From Vulcanimicrobiota bacterium (GTDB lineage: Bacteria > Vulcanimicrobiota > Vulcanimicrobiia > Vulcanimicrobiales > Vulcanimicrobiaceae), in assembly GCA_003135555.1 (NCBI GenBank), contig PLCF01000015.1:1-48815 (forward strand): a stretch of DNA of 48,815 bases, written 5' to 3'. Position 1 is the stretch's first letter; each line of letters begins with the position of its first letter. Of the stretch, positions 30,995 to 41,602 are shown piece after piece. A program made the translations under genes and the position numbers. A model generated the notes under the pieces. That model saw only the letters and a list, made by a program, of their open reading frames with translations, had not been told where the DNA came from and did not search any database.

Positions 30995-32719
30995 TCAGCC
31001 GGCTCGGCGTTGTTGTTCGTCGGACTCGACGCTCTCGCGCGGCTGCGGCATGTAGGCGTCGATCGCGTACTGGGCGAGCATGCGTTGGGCGTTGAAGTGC
31101 GAGGCGTTGAACGCGATTGCGCCGCGCATGACGGCCAGGTAGCGGTCGCGTTCGTGAGCATAGACCGGTAAGATCTCGCGTTCGAGCAGCGCGTAGAGCG
31201 CGTCTGCGGTGCGGTCGTCGTCCGTGCCGGTCTGCGCATCGATCGACCAGCCGGTGACGCCGTCGACGGCGCCCTCGATCCACCAGCCGTCCATGACGCT
31301 CAGGCTGGGCACGCCGTTCATCGCGGCTTTCATCCCGCTCGTTCCCGACGCTTCGTTGGGCGGCCGGGGCGTGTTGAGCCACAGATCCGCACCGGAGGTC
31401 AGCGCCGCGCCCCAGCTCATGTCGTAATCTTCGACGTACACGATGTCGACGTCGCCGGCGAGCGCGTTCGCGGCGCCGACGATGTGGCCGATCATCCCCT
31501 TGCCGTCCCAATCGCGGGGGTGCGCCTTGCCGGCGAACACCAGCTGGATACCGCCGAAGGCCCGAGCGATGCGCGCCAGGCGACCGGCATCGCGCAGGAT
31601 GAGGTCGTTGCGTTTGTAGGCCGTAGCGCGCCGGGCGATCCCGATGGTGAAGCGGTTGGCGTCGAGCACCTTGCCCGTGGCGTGGGCGGCGCGTTCGATC
31701 ATGGCGTGCTTGGCCAGGGCGTGGGCTTCGCCGATCTCGTGCAGCGGGATCCCGATCGCCTGGCGCAAGTGCCAGTTGTCGCGGCGCCAGCCGGCGATGC
31801 GGCGATCGTAGAGCTCGGCGAACGGCGCCGACGACCAGGTGGCGGCGTGCACGCCGTTGGTCACGGCGTTGATGGAGACGTGCGGAAACATCGCGCGCGA
31901 CACCTCGCCGTGGCGCAGCGCGACCGCGTTGGTGAAGCGCGATGTGCGCAGCGCCAGATGCGTCATGTTGAGCACGTCGTGATCGGCCAGCCCGAGCGCG
32001 CGCAGCGTAGCCACTTGTTCGGGGCCGAGGACTTCGTGCACGAGGTCCAATCCGAAGCAGTCGTGCCCCGCCGGCACCGGCGTGTGGGTGGTGAAGATGC
32101 ACCGCTCGCGCACCCGCGCGAGGTCGTCGCAGGTCGGTAGGCCGGAATCGGTCGCGCGGGCTTGGTCCAGCAGCGCGAGGATCAGCAGTGCCGAGTGCCC
32201 TTCGTTCATATGGTACGTGCCGACGCGCTCGTGCCCGAGCGCGCGCAGCGCCGTGACCGCGCCCAAACCGAGCAGCGTCTCCTGCTCGAGCCGGTAGCGT
32301 GCGTCGCCGCCGTAGAGCGCGCGGGTCAGGCTGCGCGCGGCGTCGTCGTTCGCCGGCCGATCGGCGTCGAGGAAATAGACCGGCACGCAGTGTCCGTCGA
32401 TGCCCAGGACCGGACAGCGCCAGACGCCGACCTCGACCTGACGACCCGAGATCGGGACGCGCACCACCGTCGCGAGTTCCTCGAGCGCCTCGGCGGGACT
32501 CCAGCGCTGCGGCTCTTCGTGCTGACCGCCCGCGGGGTCGAGGTGTTGGCGAAAGTATCCGTCGCGATAGAGCAGCGTCACGCCCGCCATCGGGTAGCCG
32601 GCGTCCGCGGCTGCGCGAATGACATCCCCGGCCAGGACGCCGAGCCCGCCGCTGTACGTGGCGATGCCCGAGGCAACGCCAATTTCCATCGACACATAAG
32701 CGACGAGCGGTGCGGTCAT
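30995..32719 (-). CDS. glgP: Alpha-glucan phosphorylase (short form)
   Basis: YSGGLGVLAGD, HMNEGH, FTTHTPVPAGHD, TNGVH, FAGKAHP, EASGTSGMKA (PLP Lys), DGWW. Confidence 0.92.
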   Translation of the reverse strand: MTAPLVAYVSMEIGVASGIATYSGGLGVLAGDVIRAAADAGYPMAGVTLLYRDGYFRQHLDPAGGQHEEPQRWSPAEALEELATVVRVPISGRQVEVGVWRCPVLGIDGHCVPVYFLDADRPANDDAARSLTRALYGGDARYRLEQETLLGLGAVTALRALGHERVGTYHMNEGHSALLILALLDQARATDSGLPTCDDLARVRERCIFTTHTPVPAGHDCFGLDLVHEVLGPEQVATLRALGLADHDVLNMTHLALRTSRFTNAVALRHGEVSRAMFPHVSINAVTNGVHAATWSSAPFAELYDRRIAGWRRDNWHLRQAIGIPLHEIGEAHALAKHAMIERAAHATGKVLDANRFTIGIARRATAYKRNDLILRDAGRLARIARAFGGIQLVFAGKAHPRDWDGKGMIGHIVGAANALAGDVDIVYVEDYDMSWGAALTSGADLWLNTPRPPNEASGTSGMKAAMNGVPSLSVMDGWWIEGAVDGVTGWSIDAQTGTDDDRTADALYALLEREILPVYAHERDRYLAVMRGAIAFNASHFNAQRMLAQYAIDAYMPQPRESVESDEQQRRAG

Positions 32720-32741
32720 AGTCTCACTTGTTCGTCGGTGA

Positions 32742-33647
32742 TCAGGCGGTTTCGGCTGAGGGTTGCGCGCCATAGGCCGCAACCCACGGCGCCGTGGTGT
32801 ACAAACGTCCTTCGCGGCGCACGACGCGCAGCCGCCCGCGCTGGGCCGCCTTGTACAGCCGGTCCGCGCGACCGGCCGCTGCAAAGTCCGTGAGCGGGTG
32901 CAGCGCGTCGACGGGCTCCACCACGTCGCGCAGCCGTTCGAGCCCGCGCGCCAGCGCGGTTCCGATCACGCGCGCCAGGGGCGCGGCATCGCCGGCGAGC
33001 GCGGCGCGCAAGGCGGCGGCGTACGCGCGCCGCGACCGCGCGTCGAGCGCGACCGGAGGCAGCCCGCGGCGGAAGGCCAGCAGCCCCGCCACCAGGCGCG
33101 CCACGCGCCCGTTCCCGTTGGGGAAGGGCTGCAGGCGCACCAGTCGCGCGACCGCACGAGCCAGGGCCAGCGGCGCTGAATCGTCGGCGCCCAGCGCGAG
33201 CCGCCCAACGTAGGTCTCGGTCTCGAACGGCACCAGCCAGTGCGGCGGCGGGACGGTGCCGTCGGCCAATGGCGGCACGGTTCGCGTGCGCCATGCCCCC
33301 GCGTCGTCGCTGATCCCGCGAACCGCGAGGCGGTGCAGCGTCCGCAGGTCCTCGGTGGTGACCGGCCCGCGACGCGCCGCTTGCTGCGCCGCCCAGCCGG
33401 CCGCGTCGGCGTAGCCGCGGACGATCTGGTAGTCCTCGAAGCGGTGGCCGCCCAGCGCGCGACCGCGATCGAGCAAGGCCCGAACCTCGGTCAGGTCGAG
33501 CCCGGAGCCGGCGAGCCGGGACGACCCGGCGATCTCCTCGAGGCGCAGGGCCGCGAAGGCGCTCCGCAGCGCGGGCGACGGGGGAGCCGCACGGACCACC
33601 GCTGCCAGGGCCTCGATCCGGCTCACGATCGGTCCAATCGCGTCCAT
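32742..33647 (-). CDS. Fic-domain protein with degenerate motif and C-terminal HTH-like tail
   Basis: QPFPNGNGRVAR in place of HPFxDGNGRxxR; C-terminal RLYKAAQRGRLRVVRREGRLYTT. Start 33647 or 33665. Confidence 0.8.
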   Translation of the reverse strand: MDAIGPIVSRIEALAAVVRAAPPSPALRSAFAALRLEEIAGSSRLAGSGLDLTEVRALLDRGRALGGHRFEDYQIVRGYADAAGWAAQQAARRGPVTTEDLRTLHRLAVRGISDDAGAWRTRTVPPLADGTVPPPHWLVPFETETYVGRLALGADDSAPLALARAVARLVRLQPFPNGNGRVARLVAGLLAFRRGLPPVALDARSRRAYAAALRAALAGDAAPLARVIGTALARGLERLRDVVEPVDALHPLTDFAAAGRADRLYKAAQRGRLRVVRREGRLYTTAPWVAAYGAQPSAETA

Positions 33648-33708
33648 TTCTGCCTGATTGGACATCAAAGCGGCGATTCCGGTGCGCCGAACCGGTAGGA
33701 TGGGCGCG

Positions 33709-36700
33709 ATGGCGGATTTTCTGGCGGCGCTGCGCGAGCGCGTCCTGCTCTTCGACGGGGCGATGGGGACGCAGCTCATGGCACTCCACCTCACCGATGA
33801 GGACTTCGGCGGGGCGCCCTACCACGGGTGCAACGAGGCCCTGGTCCTGACCCGGCCCGACCTGATCGAGCAGATCCACCGCGACTACTTCGCGGCCGGG
33901 GCCGACGTCGTCGAAACGGACTCGTTCACCGCGTCGCGGCTCAAGCTCGACGAGTACGGGTTGGGCGCCAAGACGCGCGAGGTCAACCTGGCCTCCGCCC
34001 AGATCGCGCGCCGCGCCGCCGATGCATTTTCGACACCCCAACGGCCGCGCTTCGTCGCCGGAGCGCTGGGACCGACCGGGATGCTCATCTCCTCGTCCGA
34101 TCCGGCGCTGTCGAAGATCACCTTCGACCAGCTCGCGGACCTGTACGAAGAGCAATCGACCGCGCTCGTCGAGGGCGGCGTCGACCTGCTGCTCCTGGAG
34201 ACCAGCCAAGATCTGCTCGAGATGAAGGCCGCGATCGCGGGCATCAGCCGCGCCTTCGACAAGGGCGTGCGCCGGGTGCCGATTCAAGCGCAGGCGACCC
34301 TCGACGTCACCGGACGGATGTTGCTGGGCACCGACATCAGCGCGGTCTGCGCGACGCTCGACGCGCTGCCGATCGACGTCATCGGACTCAATTGCTCGAC
34401 CGGCCCGTCGCACATGCGCGACCCGATCCGCTATCTGGTGGAGAGCTCGCGCTGCTTCGTGAGCGTCATCCCGAACGCCGGTCTGCCGCGCATGGGGCCC
34501 AAGGGCGAAACGATCTATCCCGAGACGCCCGAAGAGATGTCGCGCGAGTTGCACGCGTTCGTGACCGACTTCGGCGTGAACGCGATCGGCGGCTGCTGCG
34601 GGACCACGCCCGCGCACATCGCGGCGTTCCGCGCCGGGCTCGACGCGCTCGTCGCCGGCGGATACGCCGCGCGCATCCCGCAGCCCAAGCCGTTGCAGCT
34701 CGCGGCATCGGCGATGACCGCCGTTCCGCTCAAGCAAGAAGGCACCGTGCTGCTCATCGGCGAGCGCGTCAACAGCCAGGGGTCGCGCAAGATCAAACGC
34801 TTGCTGCTCTCCGACGACTACGACGAGATCACGCTCGTCGCACGCGCCCAAGTCGAAGGCGGCGCACACCTTCTCGACGTCTGCACGGCGCTGACCGAGC
34901 GGACCGACGAGGACGTGCAGATGGCCACGATCGTCAAGCGGCTCGCGCAGTCGGTCGAGGCGCCGTTGGTGATCGACTCGACCGAAGCCAAGGTGATCGA
35001 AGCGGCGCTCAAGATCTACGCCGGGCGGCCGGTGGTCAACTCGATCAACCTCGAGAACGGGCGCGTCAAGATCGAGTCCGTGATGCCGCTGGTGAAGGAA
35101 GCCGGCGCGGCGGTGGTTGCGCTCACGATCGACGAGACGGGGATGGCGAAGACCGCGCAGCGCAAGCTCGAGATCGCACGCCGCATCCACGACATCGTCG
35201 TAGACGAGTACGGCTTGCCGCCGGGCGCGCTCATCTTCGACGACCTCACCTTCACGCTGGCGACGGGCGACGCCGAGTACATCGACTCGGCGGTCGAGAC
35301 GATCGAGGGGATCCGGCTGATCAAGCGCGAGCTGCCGGGGGTCCTCACGTCGCTGGGCGTCTCGAACGTCTCGTTCGGCCTCAAGCCCGCCGCGCGTCAC
35401 GTCCTCAACTCGGTGATGCTGCATCACTGCGTCGAGGCCGGGCTCGACATGGCCATCGTCAACGCCGCCGAGATCAAACCCTACGCGGAGATCGACGCAC
35501 TCGAGCGCGAGCTGTGCGACGACCTGGTGCTCAATCGCCGGCCCGACGCGCTGCAGCGCGTGATCGAGCACTTCGAATCGCAGACGGTCTCCGGAAACGC
35601 GGCGGTGGCGCAGCTCGAGGACGAAGCCGACGCACCGGTCGAGCAACGCATCCACAACGCCATCCTGCGCCGCCGCAAGGACGGGATCGAGGCCAAGATC
35701 GACGAGGCGCTGCTCGCGCGCGGTCCCGTCGACGTGCTCAACAACGTGCTGTTGCCGGCGATGAAGGAAGTCGGCGACAAGTTCGGCTCGGGCGAGCTGA
35801 TCCTGCCGTTCGTGCTGCAGTCCGCCGAGGTCATGAAGAAGGCGGTCGCGCACCTCGAGCAGTTTCTCGAGCGCAAGGAAGGCGTGAGCAAGGGGATCGT
35901 GGTGCTGGCCACGGTGTTCGGCGACGTGCACGACATCGGCAAGAACCTCGTCGGCACCATCCTTTCCAACAACGGCTACACCGTGCACGACATCGGCAAA
36001 CAGGTCCCGGTCAACACGATCTTGGACAAGGCCGTCGAGGTGAACGCCGACGCGATCGGTCTTTCGGCGCTGTTGGTGTCGACCTCCAAACAGATGCCGA
36101 CGCTGGTGAAGGAACAGGCTTCGCGCGGGCTCGAGTACCCGGTCGTGATCGGCGGCGCGGCGATCAACCGCGACTTCGGGCGACGCGTGGCCTATGCCGC
36201 CGACGACCGCTTCTTCGCGCCCGGCGTGTTCTACGCCAAGGACGCCTTCGAAGGTCTCGACCTCATGGACGCGCTCACCGATGAGGTCGCGCGCGGTACG
36301 CTGGTCGAGCGCGTCCGCGCTGAAGCCGCGGCGTTGCGTGTGAAGGACGCCGCCGCGACCGCCGCGCCGTCCGCCAGCGGCCGCACCGCGCGCGCCGGCG
36401 TCGGTACGGCCGACGTCCCGACGCCGCCGTTCTTGGGCGCGCGAACGCTCGCGCACGTCGAGCCGCGCGAACTGTGGGATTGCTTCGACCTCAAAAGTCT
36501 GTACCGGCTCTCGTGGGGCGGTGCGAACACCAAGGGCGCCGACTGGGAGCGGCTCGTCGCCGACGAGTTCGAACCGCGGCTGCGCCGCTACGAGAAGATG
36601 GCCGAGAGAGAGCCGTTCCTCGAGCCGCGCGTGGTGTACGGCTATTTCCCCGCCGCCGGCAGCGGCGACGACGTCATCGTCTACGACCCGCAGGATCGCA

Positions 36701-37197
36701 CCCGCGAGCTCGCGCGCTTCACCTTCGCCCGCCAGTCCGGCGGCGAGCACCTGTGCCTTGCCGACTACGTGCGCGAGCCGCTCGAGGGCGGCGCGAGCGA
36801 TGTGATCGCCCTCCAGGTGGTGACGATCGGGGCCGAAGCGTCGCGGCGCACCGAGGCGCTGCAAGCCCGCAACGACTATAGCGAGTCGTACTTTCTGCAC
36901 GGTTTTTCCGTGCAGTCGGCCGAAGCGCTCGCCGAGCGTTCGCACCGCCGCATCCGCGCCGAGCTCGGCCTTGCGGACGGCCGCGGAAAACGGTACTCCT
37001 GGGGCTACGGAGCGTGTCCCGATCTCACTCAACACGAGATCGTGTGGAAGCTGCTCGACGTCGAGAACGCGATCGGGGCGTCGCTCACCAGCGCACACCA
37101 GATCATGCCCGAACAGTCGACCGCCGCGATCGTGATCCACCACCCGCGCGCCGCATACTTCAACGCTGCCGCAGTCCGAGAGCTCGCGTCGGTCTAG
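33709..37197 (+). CDS. metH: Cobalamin-dependent methionine synthase
   Basis: DGAMGT, GLNC, PNAGLP, GGCCGT, IGERVN, GDVHDIGKNLV (B12), RYSWGYGACPD. Confidence 0.96.
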   Translation: MADFLAALRERVLLFDGAMGTQLMALHLTDEDFGGAPYHGCNEALVLTRPDLIEQIHRDYFAAGADVVETDSFTASRLKLDEYGLGAKTREVNLASAQIARRAADAFSTPQRPRFVAGALGPTGMLISSSDPALSKITFDQLADLYEEQSTALVEGGVDLLLLETSQDLLEMKAAIAGISRAFDKGVRRVPIQAQATLDVTGRMLLGTDISAVCATLDALPIDVIGLNCSTGPSHMRDPIRYLVESSRCFVSVIPNAGLPRMGPKGETIYPETPEEMSRELHAFVTDFGVNAIGGCCGTTPAHIAAFRAGLDALVAGGYAARIPQPKPLQLAASAMTAVPLKQEGTVLLIGERVNSQGSRKIKRLLLSDDYDEITLVARAQVEGGAHLLDVCTALTERTDEDVQMATIVKRLAQSVEAPLVIDSTEAKVIEAALKIYAGRPVVNSINLENGRVKIESVMPLVKEAGAAVVALTIDETGMAKTAQRKLEIARRIHDIVVDEYGLPPGALIFDDLTFTLATGDAEYIDSAVETIEGIRLIKRELPGVLTSLGVSNVSFGLKPAARHVLNSVMLHHCVEAGLDMAIVNAAEIKPYAEIDALERELCDDLVLNRRPDALQRVIEHFESQTVSGNAAVAQLEDEADAPVEQRIHNAILRRRKDGIEAKIDEALLARGPVDVLNNVLLPAMKEVGDKFGSGELILPFVLQSAEVMKKAVAHLEQFLERKEGVSKGIVVLATVFGDVHDIGKNLVGTILSNNGYTVHDIGKQVPVNTILDKAVEVNADAIGLSALLVSTSKQMPTLVKEQASRGLEYPVVIGGAAINRDFGRRVAYAADDRFFAPGVFYAKDAFEGLDLMDALTDEVARGTLVERVRAEAAALRVKDAAATAAPSASGRTARAGVGTADVPTPPFLGARTLAHVEPRELWDCFDLKSLYRLSWGGANTKGADWERLVADEFEPRLRRYEKMAEREPFLEPRVVYGYFPAAGSGDDVIVYDPQDRTRELARFTFARQSGGEHLCLADYVREPLEGGASDVIALQVVTIGAEASRRTEALQARNDYSESYFLHGFSVQSAEALAERSHRRIRAELGLADGRGKRYSWGYGACPDLTQHEIVWKLLDVENAIGASLTSAHQIMPEQSTAAIVIHHPRAAYFNAAAVRELASV

Positions 37198-37215
37198 GGA
37201 CGCAGAATGGGAGCG

Positions 37216-38232
37216 ATGCGCGCGCGGATCGCAGCGGCGCTCATCGCGCTGGCTTCGGTCGCGGCTGCACCGGCAGCGCGGATCGGGGTCGAGATGCCGG
37301 CGGCGGGCGATGACGGCGCGCGTGGACTGGCCGCCGTCACGGCGATCCGGCTCGCTCTCGAGCCCGAGCGCGTCGTCGTTCGCGACAGCGCGAACGGCGG
37401 CTTCCAGAACCCGCATCGCGACGAAGGCAGCGACAACGACGTCGACCGCAGGCTCGCGCCGTCGATCGTCGCAGCCTTCGCGGGCGATCCGAGCATCGTC
37501 GCCGCGATCGGCGGGCTGCGCCGCAACGTCGGCGACGCAGACGCGGCTGCCGCGCAGGCGCACGGACTCCCGTTCATCGTGTTGTCGCGCTGGACGCGCA
37601 ACGGGCGCAACGCCGGCGTCTTTTGCCTGTGCCTTTCGCCACCGCGGCTAGTCGGCCGCGCGCGTGACTTCGCGCGCTACCGGTTCGGTCCGCGTCTGCT
37701 GCTCGTGCTCGTGGGCGACGCCGGGATGTTGCCGGGCCTCTGGCCGCACCGGTTCGACGGGCTCTCGGTCGTGCGCGTCGAGGCGACGGCACGTAGCGCC
37801 GATGCGGCTCGCCGGCGCGCGCTCGGCATGGACGGCGTCATCGTGCTCGCCGACGAGCGTCCGCCCACACTGTGGAGCGGCACGGCGTTTCGTTCGCGTT
37901 TCGATGAAGCGTATCTGCGCCGCCTCGGCCACCGCGACTTTCGGGCAGTGCCGGAGGGGATGCCCCGCGGCAGGGTTGCCACGTTGGAGGAACTGCTGCC
38001 CGCAACCTCGCGTCTGCGGTTCAGCGTACGCTTTCACGCGATCGCGGGATTCGCACCCAACAATGAGGTCGCGGCCGCGCATGCCGCGGCCCAGATCCTG
38101 CGCGCCGCGGGATCGGACCGGGCCGCCGTGGTCCACGCGCTCCAAAACCGGCGCTTCGAAACCGTGATCGGCAGCGTGAGCTTCGACGCCGACGGCTATC
38201 AGGCGACGGCCGTCCTGGCCGCGATGCCCTGA
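37216..38232 (+). CDS. Diverged type I periplasmic-binding protein (LivJ-like fold)
   Basis: Signal peptide; RIGVEMP..G and C-terminal TVIGSVSFDADG align with the adjacent substrate-binding protein. Confidence 0.6.
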   Translation: MRARIAAALIALASVAAAPAARIGVEMPAAGDDGARGLAAVTAIRLALEPERVVVRDSANGGFQNPHRDEGSDNDVDRRLAPSIVAAFAGDPSIVAAIGGLRRNVGDADAAAAQAHGLPFIVLSRWTRNGRNAGVFCLCLSPPRLVGRARDFARYRFGPRLLLVLVGDAGMLPGLWPHRFDGLSVVRVEATARSADAARRRALGMDGVIVLADERPPTLWSGTAFRSRFDEAYLRRLGHRDFRAVPEGMPRGRVATLEELLPATSRLRFSVRFHAIAGFAPNNEVAAAHAAAQILRAAGSDRAAVVHALQNRRFETVIGSVSFDADGYQATAVLAAMP

Positions 38233-38321
38233 CCGCCAAAGGGAAGCCGCCGCACCCGGCGTAGTCCCGCAACTCGTCGGCGAACGCTCATGTTGCGTCG
38301 CGTTTGTACGGGAGGAAGTCC

Positions 38322-39560
38322 ATGCTGTCATCACCGAGGCGCCCAGTTGCGCTTGGGGCCGCACTCGCGGCCGCGCTTGGAATCGTCCTGGGCTCGACGC
38401 TGGCCGTGCCGGGTCCCGCAGGCGCCGCGAGCGTGGTCAAGATCGGGGTCGATCTTCCCGTCTCGGGCGCCGATGCCACCAACGGCATCCCGACGCGCAA
38501 CGGCGTGATGCTCGCGGTCGAGCAGGCCAACGCCAAGCCTCTGCCCGGCGGATTGAAGTTCGAGATGAGCGCCCTGGACGATGCCGTCCAGGGCGTTCAC
38601 GATCCCGCCCAGGGCGCCCAGAACGTCAAGACCTTCATCGCCGATTCGGCGGTGCTGGGGATGGTCGGGCCCTTCAACTCCAACGTCGCCAAAGCCGAAA
38701 TCCCGCTGACCAATGATGCAGGGCTGGTGCAGATCAGCCCCTCCAACACGAACACCGGCTTGACCAAGGGCGATGACGCCAAGAAACTGCGCACCTCGCA
38801 TCCCGATGTGAACACGTACTTTCGCGTCTGCACGACCGACGATCGCCAAGGCGCGGCCGCGGCGACGTTTGCTCGCAAGCTGGGGCTCAAGAAGGCCTTC
38901 ATCATCGACGACAACGAGACGTACGGCAAGGGCCTGGCCGACGTGTTCGAGGCGTCGTTCGCCAAGCAGGGAGGCGCCGTCCTCGGCCACGAGCACATCA
39001 CCAAGGGACAACAAGATTTCAAAGCGCTGCTCACCAAGGTGCACAGCGCGTCGCCCGACATGATCTTCTTCGGCGGCACCACCGCCAGCGGCGGTGGGCT
39101 GGTGCGCAAGCAGATGGCCGACGTCGGAATGCGCGACATCAAGTACGTCGGCGGTGACGGCATCAGCGACGAGGAGTATCTCAAAGAGACCGCCGACATG
39201 GCCAACAACTCGTACTACACTGTGGCCGCGCCGGAAACGTCGAAGCTCGCCAGCGCGAAGGCCTTCGTCGCGGCCTACCACAAGCGCTTCGGCTCGAATC
39301 CCGGTCCCTACAGCGCCAATGCCTACTCGGCGTCGCAGATCATCATCGCCGCGGTGCTCAAGGGGGTCAAGGACAACGCCGGCAAGCTGCCGACGCGACT
39401 CGAAGTCCGCCAGAACGTCGCGGCCACGCAGAACTTCGACTCCCCGATCGGCAAGATCGGCTTCGACCGCAACGGCGACACGACCGCACCGATCCTGAGT
39501 TTCTACGCGATCCGCAATGGGAAGGCGCAGTTCATCAACCAGCTCAACGTGAAAGACTGA
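38322..39560 (+). CDS. Branched-chain amino acid ABC substrate-binding protein
   Basis: KIGVDLPVSG, VGPFNS, ISPSNT, FRVCTTDDRQG, YGKGLA, IGFDRNGD. Confidence 0.92.
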   Translation: MLSSPRRPVALGAALAAALGIVLGSTLAVPGPAGAASVVKIGVDLPVSGADATNGIPTRNGVMLAVEQANAKPLPGGLKFEMSALDDAVQGVHDPAQGAQNVKTFIADSAVLGMVGPFNSNVAKAEIPLTNDAGLVQISPSNTNTGLTKGDDAKKLRTSHPDVNTYFRVCTTDDRQGAAAATFARKLGLKKAFIIDDNETYGKGLADVFEASFAKQGGAVLGHEHITKGQQDFKALLTKVHSASPDMIFFGGTTASGGGLVRKQMADVGMRDIKYVGGDGISDEEYLKETADMANNSYYTVAAPETSKLASAKAFVAAYHKRFGSNPGPYSANAYSASQIIIAAVLKGVKDNAGKLPTRLEVRQNVAATQNFDSPIGKIGFDRNGDTTAPILSFYAIRNGKAQFINQLNVKD

Positions 39561-39567
39561 CCGCCGC

Positions 39568-40479
39568 TTGGACGTCTTCCTACAGCAACTGATCAACGGG
39601 CTGTCGTTGGGCGGGATCTACGCCCTCATCGCGCTCGGTTACACGATGGTCTACGGCATCATCGAGCTGATCAACTTCGCGCATGGCGACGTCTATACGC
39701 TGGGAACGTTCTTCTCGCTGGCGATCCTCACGTTGCTCGGCGTCACGGGCATCGTTACCGGACCCGCCCTCATCGTCGTGGTCGCGGTGACGATCCTGGG
39801 CGCCATGATCTTGTGCGGACTGACCGGTGTGATCGTGGAGCGCCTGGCGTACCGGCGGCTGCGTAACGCCCCCAAGCTGGCCCCGCTCATCACGGCGATC
39901 GGGATGTCGTTCATCCTCGAGAACCTGATGCTCTACTGGCATGGCCCGTCGCCGATCCCATTTCCGGCCGTCATCCCCAATCCCGCAGTCGGTCTGGGGA
40001 GCGTGACGATCCAGGCCAAGCAGATCATGGTGATCGTTTTGGCCGTGGTCCTGATGGTCGTGCTGCAGGTTTTCGTCTACAACACGAAGCTCGGCAAGGC
40101 GATGCGCGCGACGGCTCAGGACAAAGACGCCGCGCAGCTGATGGGGATCAACATCAACACGACCATCGCGCTGACGTTTCTGATCGGCTCGGCGCTGGCC
40201 GGTGCGGCGGGCTTCGTCTCGGGCGTCTACTACGGCTCGACCTGGTTCCTCAACGGTTTCGCGGCCGGCTTGAAAGCGTTCACTGCCGCGGTCCTCGGTG
40301 GGATCGGCAACCTCGCAGGCGCGATGCTCGGTGGGTTCTTGATCGGGCTGACCGAGGCGATGACGACGCAGTTCATCAGCGATCAATGGTCCAACGTCGT
40401 GGTGTTCTCGGTCCTCGTGCTCGTGCTGATCTTCCGGCCGACGGGACTGCTCGGCGAGTCGCTGCCCAACAAGGTCTGA
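39568..40479 (+). CDS. livH: Branched-chain amino acid ABC permease
   Basis: GGIYALIALGYTMVYGII..INFAHG, GKAMRATAQD, LKAFTAAVLGGIG. Confidence 0.93.
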   Translation: MDVFLQQLINGLSLGGIYALIALGYTMVYGIIELINFAHGDVYTLGTFFSLAILTLLGVTGIVTGPALIVVVAVTILGAMILCGLTGVIVERLAYRRLRNAPKLAPLITAIGMSFILENLMLYWHGPSPIPFPAVIPNPAVGLGSVTIQAKQIMVIVLAVVLMVVLQVFVYNTKLGKAMRATAQDKDAAQLMGININTTIALTFLIGSALAGAAGFVSGVYYGSTWFLNGFAAGLKAFTAAVLGGIGNLAGAMLGGFLIGLTEAMTTQFISDQWSNVVVFSVLVLVLIFRPTGLLGESLPNKV

Positions 40480-40480
40480 C

Positions 40481-41602
40481 GTGGCGGTCGCAACGAGGTT
40501 CGGTTCGAGTCTGCCCGCCCCGCTGCGAACACCCGGGGCTCGCACGGCGCTGGTCTTCGCGGTGGCGCTCGCGTTGCCGTTCGTCGGACACAATGGCGGG
40601 TTCACGAACTTTCTCGCCGACGCCGGGGCGTTCGTGCTGCTCGCGCTGGGCCTCAACATCGTCGTCGGCTTCGCCGGGCTGCTCGACCTCGGCTACGCCG
40701 CGTTCTTCGCGATCGGTTCGTACGCGTTCGCGCTGCTGGCCTCGCCGCAAGTAAACGTGCATTGGGCGATTTGGCCCCAAGGCGGCATCCACGTTCCGTT
40801 TTGGGTGCTGCTGTTCGTGGCGTCGGGGATCGCAGCCGTGTTCGGGATACTGCTCGGCGCGCCGACGTTGCGGCTGCGCGGCGACTACTTGGCGATCGTG
40901 ACGCTCGGCTTCGGCGAGATCGTGCCGCAAACGTTCTTGAACCTCTCGCAGTGGACCGGCGGCCCCAACGGGATCGGTTCGCTCGACCAACCCACGATCG
41001 GCTCGTACAAGTTCGGTTTCGATCCGCTGCCGTACTACTTCATGGTCCTCGGGCTGGTCGCACTGACGGTGTGGCTGGCGAACAACCTGCGCGCGAGCCG
41101 GCTGGGCCGCGCGTGGATGGCGATCCGCGAGGACGAGCTGGCCGCCGCGCACATGGGGATCAACACGACGACCACCAAGCTCGCGGCCTTCGCGATCGGT
41201 GCGTCGTTTAGCGGTCTGGCCGGCTGCGCGCTCGCTTCGAAGCTGCAGTTGGTATCGACCGAGCAGTTCCAGTTTCAGGTCAGCGTCTTCATCCTCGCGA
41301 TGCTCGTGCTGGGCGGGATGGGCAACATCCCGGGCGTCATCGTCGGCAGCCTGGTGCTGTCCGCGCTCGAGCGCTTCATCTTGCCGCAAGCGACGAACTT
41401 CTTGCACGGGCTGGGCTTCGCCAGCATCGACCTGTCCAATTCGCGGTTCTTGATCTACGGCGTCATTCTGGTGATGATGATGCTGTTTCGCCCCGAGGGG
41501 CTGATCCCGAGCGGGCAACGCAAGGCGGAGCTGCACGCCGCCGAGGATGACACGACCGTCGCCGGTCACGAGCAGGAACTCTACACGGAGGCGATCCGGT
41601 AG
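40481..41602 (+). CDS. livM: Branched-chain amino acid ABC permease
   Basis: GLNIVVGFAGLLDLG, LRLRGDYLAIVTLGFGEI, GRAWMAIREDE. Confidence 0.93.
   Translation: MAVATRFGSSLPAPLRTPGARTALVFAVALALPFVGHNGGFTNFLADAGAFVLLALGLNIVVGFAGLLDLGYAAFFAIGSYAFALLASPQVNVHWAIWPQGGIHVPFWVLLFVASGIAAVFGILLGAPTLRLRGDYLAIVTLGFGEIVPQTFLNLSQWTGGPNGIGSLDQPTIGSYKFGFDPLPYYFMVLGLVALTVWLANNLRASRLGRAWMAIREDELAAAHMGINTTTTKLAAFAIGASFSGLAGCALASKLQLVSTEQFQFQVSVFILAMLVLGGMGNIPGVIVGSLVLSALERFILPQATNFLHGLGFASIDLSNSRFLIYGVILVMMMLFRPEGLIPSGQRKAELHAAEDDTTVAGHEQELYTEAIR

Noticed and set aside
32716..37563. 1615-aa minus-strand ORF
   Set aside because: Antisense shadow of metH in high-GC DNA; no recognisable motifs.
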